Origin: a virus
Lineage: Duplodnaviria; Caudoviricetes
Reading direction: 5' to 3' (one strand)
Length of the DNA stretch: 29,268 nt
IMG/VR virus record: IMGVR_UViG_3300049846_002945
Location: 1 to 29,268 of that record
Part shown: one piece after another, positions 1 to 8,725 of the stretch
How the letters are laid out: each line of letters starts with the position of its first letter
How positions within the stretch are numbered: the first letter of the stretch is position 1
The notes under the pieces: generated by a model
The model's input: the letters and a program-made list of their open reading frames with translations, nothing else
What the model was told of the DNA's origin: nothing
The model's database searches: none
Position numbers and translations under genes: made by a program

Positions 1-74
1 CTTAATACAGGTTTTCGATATCTCGATACAATTTCGCCATGCCATGCTCGGCGCTCTATCTGTTTTGTAGCCAT
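1..74 (-). CDS. partial hypothetical protein running off the window start (MATKQIERRAWHGEIVSRYRKPVL...)
   Basis: ATG at 74, 8 nt after the stop of the 83..511 gene, open to position 1; too short to assign. Confidence 0.3.
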   Translation of the reverse strand, partial: MATKQIERRAWHGEIVSRYRKPVL

Positions 75-82
75 TTTTTTTG

Positions 83-511
83 CTACCTATTATGATTCCG
101 AATAGACCTGTACACCCCGGCACGGCGAAGCCCGCTAACCAGCGTTGTCTGTGGAATGCCGGCTTGCTTGGCGAGCAACCGCAATGATAACTTTTTCGCC
201 TGATATGCTTTGATAACCTCTAAAGGCGGTTTCCAGCCTTGCCCTGGCCCTTTGTTTTGCTGCCGCCAGAGCCCATGGCGTTTTAGGTGTGCAAGCACGC
301 CCTTGTCGGTCCCGCCAATGCGTTCTGCAATTTCAACCTGTGTCACTCCTTGCTCGTACCACTCTTTGATTTTATCCGCATAGATTTTATAGGGGCTTTG
401 ATTATCAGGGAGGCGCTTTTTGAGTGAAGCGGCTTGTAATTTTTGATTATGCGCAATCGCATATTCCGCGCAGGGTTTGCACGGGTCAGGACATGTACAC
501 TGACGATTCAT
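83..511 (-). CDS. helix-turn-helix DNA-binding protein (two HTH-like segments, Cys-rich N-terminus)
   Basis: WYEQGVTQVEIAERIG and LSLRLLAKQAGIPQTTL HTH patterns; AGGAGG RBS upstream. Confidence 0.65.
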   Translation of the reverse strand: MNRQCTCPDPCKPCAEYAIAHNQKLQAASLKKRLPDNQSPYKIYADKIKEWYEQGVTQVEIAERIGGTDKGVLAHLKRHGLWRQQNKGPGQGWKPPLEVIKAYQAKKLSLRLLAKQAGIPQTTLVSGLRRAGVYRSIRNHNR

Positions 512-581
512 ACGAGCGATACCTCCTATTTTACAAGTTATAATGCAAGATTCCCTATTGCGGTCGGGATATTAGATATAT

Positions 582-1316
582 TTACTTATGGCACAAAACC
601 CCACATGGAGCAGCATCAAGCTGTATAGAGCTATATACCTCTTCAGGTGTAAAAAGCTCTTGTTGCTTGCGGAAATCCGCAAGAGACATGCCGATATTAG
701 GAAAAAGGTGAAAAAATTTTTTCCGCTGATCCTGTACGCTTTCTTCTAAAGATTGAAGTTCATCTGCGATATCGTGGCGAAGTGTGACAAGGGCACGAAT
801 TTCTTTCTTGCTCTTAAAAAAGCATCCTTTGCAGCCACCGCGCAGCATGTATATAGGGTACCTGGGGAGTAGGCCATATTTATCGCACAGCGCCACACAA
901 TCCGCGCGCGTCATGCCTGCTTCACGGAGTGGATACCGAATCGTCAAGCCATCCATTGAGGTGAGATTCCCGATGCGTAACGGCTCGTCGGATCGAAGCC
1001 CGATACATAGAGTTGCCGGAAGATGCTTTTTCAGGAAAAAATTCATGGGCAAAATTTTTGATTCACGTGTACAGAAACGCGTGTGAAAATTAGGGAAAAA
1101 TTGTTGTTCTTCAATAATATTCGGCAGCCCTCCCTTAGGAGAGCATAGCCTGGTGATAACTCGCCCAGAAAAATGCTCGAAGCGCTCTAAGTGCTCGTAC
1201 AGTTCGTCAAACTCCCATTCTGTGTCCGTAAAAATCAGCTCTGCATCGGGAAGGAGTAGAGCAAGAGCTGTGCTGTCAATCCCCCCGGACATGGCAACAA
1301 ATAGATTATTTTCCAT
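582..1316 (-). CDS. PAPS reductase family (PP-loop) protein, probably Fe-S binding
   Basis: SGGIDS PP-loop, FTDT, CTRESK, IGLRSDE, YPL, GCKGCFF and C-terminal CGVLC. Confidence 0.85.
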   Translation of the reverse strand: MENNLFVAMSGGIDSTALALLLPDAELIFTDTEWEFDELYEHLERFEHFSGRVITRLCSPKGGLPNIIEEQQFFPNFHTRFCTRESKILPMNFFLKKHLPATLCIGLRSDEPLRIGNLTSMDGLTIRYPLREAGMTRADCVALCDKYGLLPRYPIYMLRGGCKGCFFKSKKEIRALVTLRHDIADELQSLEESVQDQRKKFFHLFPNIGMSLADFRKQQELFTPEEVYSSIQLDAAPCGVLCHK

Positions 1317-1402
1317 CCCTTTCTCCCTTTCGCATCATCCCGGCCTACTAGTAGCCGTAAGCCGGGGAGGCGTGACATGCATGTATCATCAGAGGCTCCG
1401 AT

Positions 1403-1424
1403 ACATGCTATAATGATAGCATGT
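1403..1424. promoter_or_regulatory. palindromic site with overlapping divergent extended -10 elements
   Basis: ACATGCTA-TAATGA-TAGCATGT; TGcTATAAT on + (1406-1414), TGcTATCAT on -; lies between divergent genes. Confidence 0.55.
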
Positions 1425-1465
1425 GCTAGCATAAATATATAGATTTTTCTTGTGAGGCATTTATT

Positions 1466-1666
1466 ATGGCTATTCTTTTTCTCCGGCTCCCCGATAATCT
1501 CGCCGACTGGTGGGAAGATGAGACTGATGCATTAGGTTTCAGCACGCCGCAAAAAGCCTTAGTGCAATTACTCACTATTTTGCGGCAGCGTACTGAGGCG
1601 GGAGCCCCAGTCTTGCAACCACTCTTACGTCCCGACATTACGGTTTCTCCCGTGCCAGGCGAATAG
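1466..1666 (+). CDS. ribbon-helix-helix-like small DNA-binding protein
   Basis: N-terminal ILFLRLPDNL strand followed by two helices; GAGG RBS; perfect extended -10 upstream. Confidence 0.5.
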   Translation: MAILFLRLPDNLADWWEDETDALGFSTPQKALVQLLTILRQRTEAGAPVLQPLLRPDITVSPVPGE

Positions 1667-1883
1667 ACATAGCAATACACTCTTCAAATATCGCCATTAG
1701 GGAAGAATACAGATGATCAATGTCATCCTGGCTATGTAAGCTCCACTCCCCAGTATTTAGCACCAGATATGCACCTTGTGATCCCTGAAAGACTTCGATA
1801 TCTAATAATGGTCGCCAAGATTCTTTTTGGTTGCCATTTTCATGCATATCTTGTACGTATACCTGGCGTTGTAAATACATCAT
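1638..1883 (-). CDS. hypothetical phage protein
   Basis: start moved to ATG 1883, which forms an ATGA overlap with the rusA stop; GAGG RBS. Confidence 0.55.
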   Translation of the reverse strand: MMYLQRQVYVQDMHENGNQKESWRPLLDIEVFQGSQGAYLVLNTGEWSLHSQDDIDHLYSSLMAIFEECIAMSIRLAREKP

Positions 1884-2302
1884 ATTTCCTCTCTTAATCG
1901 ATAAATAAGGAACTCCGTTCTGGCGCTTTCGCAATGCATAAAGCGCCAGGCGATCACTTCACAGACCTGTGTATCATCGTGCCAGGCGACCTTGTTGCAG
2001 CCATCCAATACAGCCTTGAGCATATTGTCAATATCGCGGCGTTTTTTTGTGAGATAGAATGCCGTGCGAACACCAATCCGATCTTGCTTGTTAGGCTGTT
2101 TATTTGGCGTGAGCAATGCGGTTTTTGTTGCCCATCCAATAGCCTCTTCGTGCTTCGCTGTTTTCCGAGGCGTGTACACCGCTCCTGTCTTATGGTTCAG
2201 CCGTGCTCGCTCTTTCGCAAATGGCTCCCCTGGAAGTATCACCAATGCGAGGATAGAGGATGGATCTATGCTTGTTGGCGTATGTAAGAGATTCATCGCC
2301 AC
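1880..2302 (-). CDS. rusA: RusA family Holliday junction resolvase
   Basis: PGEPFAKERAR, YTP, DIDNMLKAVLDG and WHDDTQV motifs. Confidence 0.9.
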   Translation of the reverse strand: MAMNLLHTPTSIDPSSILALVILPGEPFAKERARLNHKTGAVYTPRKTAKHEEAIGWATKTALLTPNKQPNKQDRIGVRTAFYLTKKRRDIDNMLKAVLDGCNKVAWHDDTQVCEVIAWRFMHCESARTEFLIYRLREEI

Positions 2303-2745
2303 ACCTTAACTTCCGCATCAGTGTACTTTATGCACGCAGAAAGATACTCTTTCACAAACTCGACAAGCCCCTTATGCGTGCCCCATCCATTGGACGGCAA
2401 AAGGTCACGATGCTTTATGGGAAAATCAGGATCAAGAAGTTGTGTTAGCCCACTCGCAAGCGGTACGAGCAATTGTCGCGCATTGGTGATGCTGATTTCT
2501 TCAGGCCGCCAGAGCGGCATATATAGATCGGCTTTTTCTGCATATTTCCCCAGGTTGTGTGTGATGTTGGCCTGATAAACCGTGTCCGTTTCGTTGGAAA
2601 TACAGATAACCGGCTCACAGCCAGGATTGCGCAATTCCCATTCTTCTTGTGAGATAGTTTTTGTGCGGCCATTTTCACGAATATGGATATGTGTCTCTTC
2701 TTTATATCCATATCCGGGGATTATGAGGTACACATCAAGGCTCAT
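2293..2745 (-). CDS. conserved hypothetical phage protein
   Basis: MSLDVYL...ANITHNLG...LWRPEE...PSNGWGT pattern; overlaps both neighbours. Confidence 0.75.
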   Translation of the reverse strand: MSLDVYLIIPGYGYKEETHIHIRENGRTKTISQEEWELRNPGCEPVICISNETDTVYQANITHNLGKYAEKADLYMPLWRPEEISITNARQLLVPLASGLTQLLDPDFPIKHRDLLPSNGWGTHKGLVEFVKEYLSACIKYTDAEVKVWR

Positions 2746-3044
2746 GGGTTATCCCTTTCTTCTATCCGGGATACGGCTATTGTCGTGACTCGGAGCAATG
2801 CTAGGGGAATATTCCGCATAGCTTCCCCTTCTCTAATCTGCCGAACTGTGATCATATGGCTCACAGCCCCGGCCCTCCACCGGCTCACGGACGTGCCATC
2901 CTCCAGGATAATGCATATCTCTTCACCTTCCTTAGGTGGGAGCCAGGTATCAGCATCCAGCTCCATAAGAAGTTTATCGCCGTCCATAAACCGCAGCACG
3001 GGGTACGGCTGCGGAACAGCATAAGGCGACAACTGGGATTCCAT
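2742..3044 (-). CDS. hypothetical protein
   Basis: coupled to neighbours by TAATG and ATGA overlaps; GGAG RBS. Confidence 0.65.
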   Translation of the reverse strand: MESQLSPYAVPQPYPVLRFMDGDKLLMELDADTWLPPKEGEEICIILEDGTSVSRWRAGAVSHMITVRQIREGEAMRNIPLALLRVTTIAVSRIEERDNP

Positions 3045-3307
3045 TATTGCTTCTCCGCATTTTCAAATAGCGGCAGTATTTGTTCCCGGCCTTCTACTAT
3101 ATGCCGCCTTTTTTTACGGCAGCAACAAGAGAGAATTTTCCGGGCATCATCAATCAGTAATCGTTTAATGCTTAAGCCATCACGGATTGCTTGCGCAACC
3201 TCTTTTGCAACCGCTTTCTTTTGATCGGGGCTATCAATAGTCAACAATCGCCAGCCTTGGCATTGCGGGCAAATGCCGATATAGGCGTGGGTAGCAGTAT
3301 CGTTCAT
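3044..3307 (-). CDS. hypothetical protein with CxxC and CC motifs
   Basis: start moved to ATG 3307 (ATGA overlap, GAGGA RBS); CPQC...SCC. Confidence 0.6.
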   Translation of the reverse strand: MNDTATHAYIGICPQCQGWRLLTIDSPDQKKAVAKEVAQAIRDGLSIKRLLIDDARKILSCCCRKKRRHIVEGREQILPLFENAEKQ

Positions 3308-3693
3308 TGGGCATCCTCGCAATCCTCGGTGTGCCCACATTCTATGCATTGTTCGCAGGCTTCGCAGATCTGATATTCCGCTAACCCATTAGGGAACAGT
3401 CCGCAGTAGGAGCATTGTAATTCCCCATCTTCCGCCCACCCGGCCAGACGCAATACGATAGGCCGCTCTTCAATTCCTGGCAATGCAGGAATATGTGCCT
3501 TCACTCCGAGATCTTGAACCAATTGCGCAGCAAGGTCGCCAATTTCTGCGCCTTGCTCATCCCTATGAGGATATATCTCCCATGCAAGATCGATTGCATG
3601 TTGCGATGTCTCCGCCCAGGTAGCAGTGTACCAAATTTCGTCTAAAAACGTGGCGTGCGAGCTGTCGTCGATTAGGTATAAAGAGAGGCTCAT
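3304..3693 (-). CDS. hypothetical protein with C-terminal Cys-rich zinc-binding region
   Basis: CSYC...CEACEQCIECGH...C; AAGGAG RBS and ATGA overlap. Confidence 0.7.
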   Translation of the reverse strand: MSLSLYLIDDSSHATFLDEIWYTATWAETSQHAIDLAWEIYPHRDEQGAEIGDLAAQLVQDLGVKAHIPALPGIEERPIVLRLAGWAEDGELQCSYCGLFPNGLAEYQICEACEQCIECGHTEDCEDAQ

Positions 3694-4403
3694 GATTTCT
3701 CCTTATCGGCAATGCCATAATATGCTGGAAACGGATCACGCAGCATAAGTGCATCCATCGGCTCAGATACGTTGCGCCGAATCGGTTGCCCGTCCATCAC
3801 CATTTCAAACAATGCTTTGGTTTTAAGAACGTCATCCTGACAGTAATTGAGCACATCAGCATACCTCCCCGCTGCCCAATCCCTGGGCGCCTGCGCGCCA
3901 TTGCTCAGTTTTGGTCCTAGGCCATTACGCTGCGCAATCGCATCAAGGGAGTTAACGCCGCGTGCAAATTTGTTTATTGGGTCAATCTTCCATATTTCAG
4001 CCAGAATATCGTAAGACTCAAGGTAAAGCGTTTTGAATTCATCGCATAGATCCTCCATGCTTTTTAAGGCAACACTTGTACGCAAGACCGCATCCATCAA
4101 CGGGAAGTCAAAGCCGAGACCATTAAAGCTGACTAGGAGCGTTTGGCGGGCAACCAGGTGCTCCACTGTGCGCTCCAGGGTGCCCGGGTCGAACCAGTGA
4201 ATCCTTTGGTCGTCGTAATCCCAATAGCACCCGATTGACAACCCTAGAGCGGCCTTGTTGTCCCAGCCGATGGGATCGTACTCGCCAAAAAAGCACAAAA
4301 ACCTATTGTCGATTTGTAGATGCTTGCTTTTTGGATCAAGGCAATGCCGACAATCATCAGCGCTGCGTACCGTTTCGAGATCGAGGATAATAATGTTATC
4401 CAT
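3690..4403 (-). CDS. RNase H-fold DEDD 3'-5' exonuclease-like protein
   Basis: ExoI LDLET, ExoII SFNGLGFD, SLDAIA and ExoIII YCQDDV. Confidence 0.8.
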   Translation of the reverse strand: MDNIIILDLETVRSADDCRHCLDPKSKHLQIDNRFLCFFGEYDPIGWDNKAALGLSIGCYWDYDDQRIHWFDPGTLERTVEHLVARQTLLVSFNGLGFDFPLMDAVLRTSVALKSMEDLCDEFKTLYLESYDILAEIWKIDPINKFARGVNSLDAIAQRNGLGPKLSNGAQAPRDWAAGRYADVLNYCQDDVLKTKALFEMVMDGQPIRRNVSEPMDALMLRDPFPAYYGIADKEKS

Positions 4404-4584
4404 CCACTTCTTTCCTTGTGAGATGCCATTGATGGCAATCGGGGCACTGATAAACTCGTTGTCCCCAATTAGCTGCTTTATGCAAAGCGGTCACCCGATC
4501 TTTGTATTGTTTCTTACGGTGGCAACCGCTGACCCGCCGATGCCGTTTATATTGTGCTTCGCGTTTGGTTGCGGGAGGCATCAT
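4396..4584 (-). CDS. small basic zinc-binding phage protein
   Basis: C..KKQY...RVYQCPDCHQWHLT pattern; start overlaps the helicase stop (TGATG). Confidence 0.65.
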   Translation of the reverse strand: MMPPATKREAQYKRHRRVSGCHRKKQYKDRVTALHKAANWGQRVYQCPDCHQWHLTRKEVDG

Positions 4585-6191
4585 CAATCCCAGTATTCCA
4601 TTGTAATTTTGTCCCATTGCCCGACTTTCACCACAGAAATGGATTGTGGTGGCTTTGCCGATTGTGCCACAGAAATCCCAAGCATAGCGGTCTCGGGTAC
4701 TTGACGACTACGACGGATAAACCATGCTGCGGCTTGGCGATATGCCCAACTTCGGCGAGGGTATTCCAAGCACAGCCACTGCGATACATATCTGCCGTTC
4801 TGGCAGACATAGATGACTTGCAGCAGGTTTTTCCCCATTTGTTTTTTACTCGGGACAACCTTGTAGGTTACTCGATTAACCCGTAAAGTAATCTCTTCTT
4901 CCTTTTCAAATAGACTCTTTTTGTGCTTTGCTTTCCGTTCGCGCTCCTCTTTTTCAATAGCTTCTTTTTCTTCTTTCTCAGCATCTTTTTTCTGCCGTGC
5001 TGCGCTTTTTTGCTTTTCGGCAATTTCATCAAGCGGTGTATGTCGTTCAAGGTTCCCGGCGTAATCAAGAATCAGGCAATTATCTTTCCCCGGCGCTTTC
5101 CGTGTACCACGCCCGAGCATCTGTATAAGCAATTCTTTTGACATGGTCGGACGCAAGAGCACAATGCAATCGATATCCGGGATATCAAAGCCCGTAGTCA
5201 TCATGATACATGATGCGAGGGCTCGTGTTTTACTCTGCTCAAATGCTGCCAGAGCCGCATCGTTTTCATCAATATTTTGGTCTGAAGTCATTGACCCGCA
5301 AGGAATACGCAAGTCATTGAGCAGCGATGCGACGAGCTTTGTGTGGGCGATATCACAGCAAAAAAGCGCCCATTTTTTCCGCTTCTCGGCCAACAAAGTA
5401 ATCTCTTGGAGGGCAGCCTGAGCAACCTTCTCCTCACTAAAAACCTGCCCAGCATCGGCCATGACAAACTCGCCGGCTTTTTTGCGTATAGCCGACAAGT
5501 CAATATCGGTTGCGTGTTGCAGTTCGATCAGCGGTGCCAGATACTCCGGCGTCAATTGTTTGATCCCGATGGTACACACGCATTGGTCGAACCATCGATT
5601 AGCCCCATAGACAGGAATCCCCATGCGTGATGGGGTTGCCGATAGCCCAATACGCTGAGCGCCAGGGCATGCTTGAAAGACGCCCTTGTACATAGAGTCT
5701 TCATCTGGGGGAGGGCAAAGATGATTCTCATCAATGATGAGATAGCGAAAAGCGCCAGCTTCTTGTAGGGCATCCATCCGTCGATAAATGCTTTGCACGC
5801 CGCCAAAAATTACGCGATGATGCATGTCGCGGCGATCAAGCCCGGCGCTGTATACACCAATATCCTTTTCTTTTCCGAGATAGCGCGTGAGCTGCGCACT
5901 ATTTTGGGAGAGGAGTTTTTTGCGGTGAGTGACTACCAGTATCCGTCCTGGGAGTCTTGCAGCTAAAGCAGCGATCAGGGCGCTCTTTCCACTGCCAGTC
6001 GCCGCATTGATTACGGGGTGTCCCCCGCGCTCTAATGCAGCAAGAGCCGCGGTAAAAGCATCTTGTTGATAGGGGCGCAACACGATACCAGCATCCTGAG
6101 TACAGGATTTGGCCATATGCTCAGCATCACCAGAAGACGCATGCCCGTCATACTCCATGATTGCCGCCCGCTCTTCCCACTCCTGCTGCAT
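4584..6191 (-). CDS. superfamily 2 DNA helicase (RadD/YejH/UvsW-like)
   Basis: LRPYQ Q-motif, ATGSGKS Walker A, IIDENH Walker B, SATP, GFDIPDID, QMLGRGTR. Confidence 0.92.
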   Translation of the reverse strand: MQQEWEERAAIMEYDGHASSGDAEHMAKSCTQDAGIVLRPYQQDAFTAALAALERGGHPVINAATGSGKSALIAALAARLPGRILVVTHRKKLLSQNSAQLTRYLGKEKDIGVYSAGLDRRDMHHRVIFGGVQSIYRRMDALQEAGAFRYLIIDENHLCPPPDEDSMYKGVFQACPGAQRIGLSATPSRMGIPVYGANRWFDQCVCTIGIKQLTPEYLAPLIELQHATDIDLSAIRKKAGEFVMADAGQVFSEEKVAQAALQEITLLAEKRKKWALFCCDIAHTKLVASLLNDLRIPCGSMTSDQNIDENDAALAAFEQSKTRALASCIMMTTGFDIPDIDCIVLLRPTMSKELLIQMLGRGTRKAPGKDNCLILDYAGNLERHTPLDEIAEKQKSAARQKKDAEKEEKEAIEKEERERKAKHKKSLFEKEEEITLRVNRVTYKVVPSKKQMGKNLLQVIYVCQNGRYVSQWLCLEYPRRSWAYRQAAAWFIRRSRQVPETAMLGISVAQSAKPPQSISVVKVGQWDKITMEYWD

Positions 6192-6232
6192 ACCTCAAAA
6201 ATCCTCTTTTGAATTGAAATACATTGTCATTC

Positions 6233-6262
6233 ATTATATGATTGTATTATGTTAAAAATCAA
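6233..6262 (-). promoter_or_regulatory. sigma70-type promoter for the leftward helicase operon
   Basis: TTGATT-18-TATAAT on the minus strand in an AT-rich divergent intergenic region. Confidence 0.55.
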
Positions 6263-6294
6263 GATATTTTGAGATGTTTTGTGAGGAAAAGCGC

Positions 6295-6447
6295 ATGGCG
6301 GTTACCCCGATCATTTCCCTCAGGATTCCCCTAGATATTGTAGTATGGTTGCGCGCTCGCGCAAAGCACGAGCATAGAACTTTAAGCAATATGGCTATTA
6401 TTATATTGCAGAAGGCATACGAAGAAGACGTGAGAAAAAAACACTAA
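6295..6447 (+). CDS. Arc/Mnt-like ribbon-helix-helix regulator (50 aa, absent from the ORF track)
   Basis: MAVTPIISLRIPLDIVVWLRARAKHEHRTLSNMAIIILQKAYEEDVRKKH; GAGGA RBS. Confidence 0.8.
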   Translation: MAVTPIISLRIPLDIVVWLRARAKHEHRTLSNMAIIILQKAYEEDVRKKH

Positions 6448-6462
6448 AAACAGGAAAAGACC

Positions 6463-8715
6463 ATGGCGATTGATACGCATATTTTGCCGCCAATCGAGGC
6501 GGCAATCCCCGCCGAACTACGCGACCTTCCGCAATGGGTTTTATGGCGTGGCATCTGGGCCACAACAAAAGATGGTGCGCAAAAAATCACTAAAGTTCCT
6601 TATAGCATCCGATTACGGAAAGCATCAACTACTGACCCGCAAACATGGTCATCTTTTGAAAGAATTACGCGTGCCCTCCCTGTCGCATTAGATGCATGGA
6701 AAGAGGAAACGCCAGAGAGTCCTGGCGGTGGGATTGGCTTTGTATTCACCGCCACCGATCCATTTGTAGGAATTGATCTTGACCATGCTGTGATTGATGG
6801 GGTAGTCGAGTCATGGGCACAAGAAATTGTCGCGTTGATCAATACTTACACAGAGTACTCGATTAGCGGAACCGGGATCCATTGCATATGCCGTGGAACA
6901 TGGCCAGCAGGGAGGAATCGTAAAGGAGCAATTGAGATATATTGCCAAGAGCGATTTTTTACTATGTCTGGCCATGCCTATTCTGTCGGGGATTTCGCTG
7001 AACTTCCAGACAGAACACAAGAGCTTGCACAGCTTCATGAGCAGCTTTTCCCGAAGAAAGTCCCCAAGCCACCATCTACGCCTCGAACATCTATTCCTAT
7101 GCCGCTCTCTGATGTGGAAATACTCCAAAAAGCCCGCGTAGCAAAAAATGGTGCAAAGTTTTCTGTATTATATGCTGGGGATACTTCAGGGTATACCTCG
7201 GCATCTGAGGCGGATATTGCCCTGTGCTCTATGCTCGCTTTTTGGACGCAAAGCCACGAACAAATTGATGGCCTATTTCGACAGTCGGGGCTCTATCGTG
7301 AGAAGTGGGACACCAAGCGTGGAGCTGAAAAAACGTATGGTAGTCAAACAATCCAAAATGCTCTCGACAATCTTGGCAACCGCTTTGAACCACACCGACA
7401 ATCATCTCCTACAAATGCCGCAATAGCACGATCACCTGTTCCTTTGCTCTATTCTCCTCCTGAGTACGACGATGAGCCTCCCCCTTGGCTCGAAAATGGC
7501 CATAGCATGCCTGAAAGTATAGATATCCCTTATGCCTCGCCATCACACCCTCCAATATCTTCCGCTCTCCGGCTCAACAAATCTGGAAATCCCTACGCTG
7601 ACCCTGGCAATTTTGATGTGGTTCTTCGGTGCTATCCCCCATGGAAAGGGAGTCTATGGTGGGATGATTTTCGTCAAACAGCCATTTATGGCAAAGAAAT
7701 TATTGATGATCTCTGGATCACTCGCTTAGCAATCTGGTGTGGCCAAAACTTGGGGATGTCAATTCAAAATGAAGGGCAACTGCGTCGCTGCGTGCATGCT
7801 CTCGCACACGAACACGCGAGGGATACCCTTTTAGAATATTTACAAAGCTTATCTTGGGATGGTACCTCGCGCCTAAATACCTGGCTGACAACCTATGCTG
7901 GTGCTGATGACACGCCAGAAAATGCCTGGGCTGGGCAGGCATTGCTCTGCGCAATGGCCTCGCGAGGGCTTTACCCTGGTTGCATCCAACGCTTGGTTGT
8001 GATTTTTGAAGGAGCAGAAAATATTGGCAAATCACGTCTTGTCCAGGCGCTTGGTGGCGAAGCCTGGACACGAGTTTTGGATAGAGGCGTGGACACAAAA
8101 GACGCTGTGTTGTTACTCCGTGGCTGTTGGGTGATGGAAATTGCGGAAATGGACAGTTTTAGCCGATCTGAAGACAGTCGCGTCAAGGCTTTTATCTCAA
8201 CAACAGAAGATAGCATCATCCTCAAATATGACAATGACACATCGCAATTCAAGCGACGCACGGTGCTCATTGCTACCGTGAATCCTAGTCGGCCATACTT
8301 CAAGGGGCAAACTGGGAATACGCGATTTTTGCCAGTGAGGGTAGGCAATATTGATCTCGAAGGATTTCAATCTGTGCGCGAACAACTGATTGCTGAAGCA
8401 GTTACACGTGTTCAGAGCGGCGCAAAATGGTGGATCGAGCCAGAAGACGGAATACTCGATGAGTTGCGTGAGTTACGGCGTGAAGAGGATATATACGAGC
8501 CACTTGTTGAAGCATATCTTACTGAAAATGCAGGGATGTCTGACATATCAATGCAGGATATTCTACGGTTTGCTCTCCAAATCACAGAGCCGGAACGCTG
8601 GAAAGATCGTGCCTTAGTAATCAGAATAGGCGTCATCATCAAGAAACTTGGATACGAAAAACGGAGAATACGAAAAGGGAAATCTCTTTCGTGGGCTTAC
8701 TATTTAAAAAAATAA
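6463..8715 (+). CDS. primase-polymerase (NrS-1-like prim-pol + helix-bundle domain) fused to a VirE/VapE-type helicase
   Basis: WVLWR, GIDLDH, EYSISGTGIH, IEIY..RFFT; SASEADIALC...LFRQSGLYREKW; WDGTSRL, GAENIGKS, EIAEMD, GNTRFLPV. Confidence 0.88.
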   Translation: MAIDTHILPPIEAAIPAELRDLPQWVLWRGIWATTKDGAQKITKVPYSIRLRKASTTDPQTWSSFERITRALPVALDAWKEETPESPGGGIGFVFTATDPFVGIDLDHAVIDGVVESWAQEIVALINTYTEYSISGTGIHCICRGTWPAGRNRKGAIEIYCQERFFTMSGHAYSVGDFAELPDRTQELAQLHEQLFPKKVPKPPSTPRTSIPMPLSDVEILQKARVAKNGAKFSVLYAGDTSGYTSASEADIALCSMLAFWTQSHEQIDGLFRQSGLYREKWDTKRGAEKTYGSQTIQNALDNLGNRFEPHRQSSPTNAAIARSPVPLLYSPPEYDDEPPPWLENGHSMPESIDIPYASPSHPPISSALRLNKSGNPYADPGNFDVVLRCYPPWKGSLWWDDFRQTAIYGKEIIDDLWITRLAIWCGQNLGMSIQNEGQLRRCVHALAHEHARDTLLEYLQSLSWDGTSRLNTWLTTYAGADDTPENAWAGQALLCAMASRGLYPGCIQRLVVIFEGAENIGKSRLVQALGGEAWTRVLDRGVDTKDAVLLLRGCWVMEIAEMDSFSRSEDSRVKAFISTTEDSIILKYDNDTSQFKRRTVLIATVNPSRPYFKGQTGNTRFLPVRVGNIDLEGFQSVREQLIAEAVTRVQSGAKWWIEPEDGILDELRELRREEDIYEPLVEAYLTENAGMSDISMQDILRFALQITEPERWKDRALVIRIGVIIKKLGYEKRRIRKGKSLSWAYYLKK

Positions 8716-8725
8716 ACTTAAAAAT

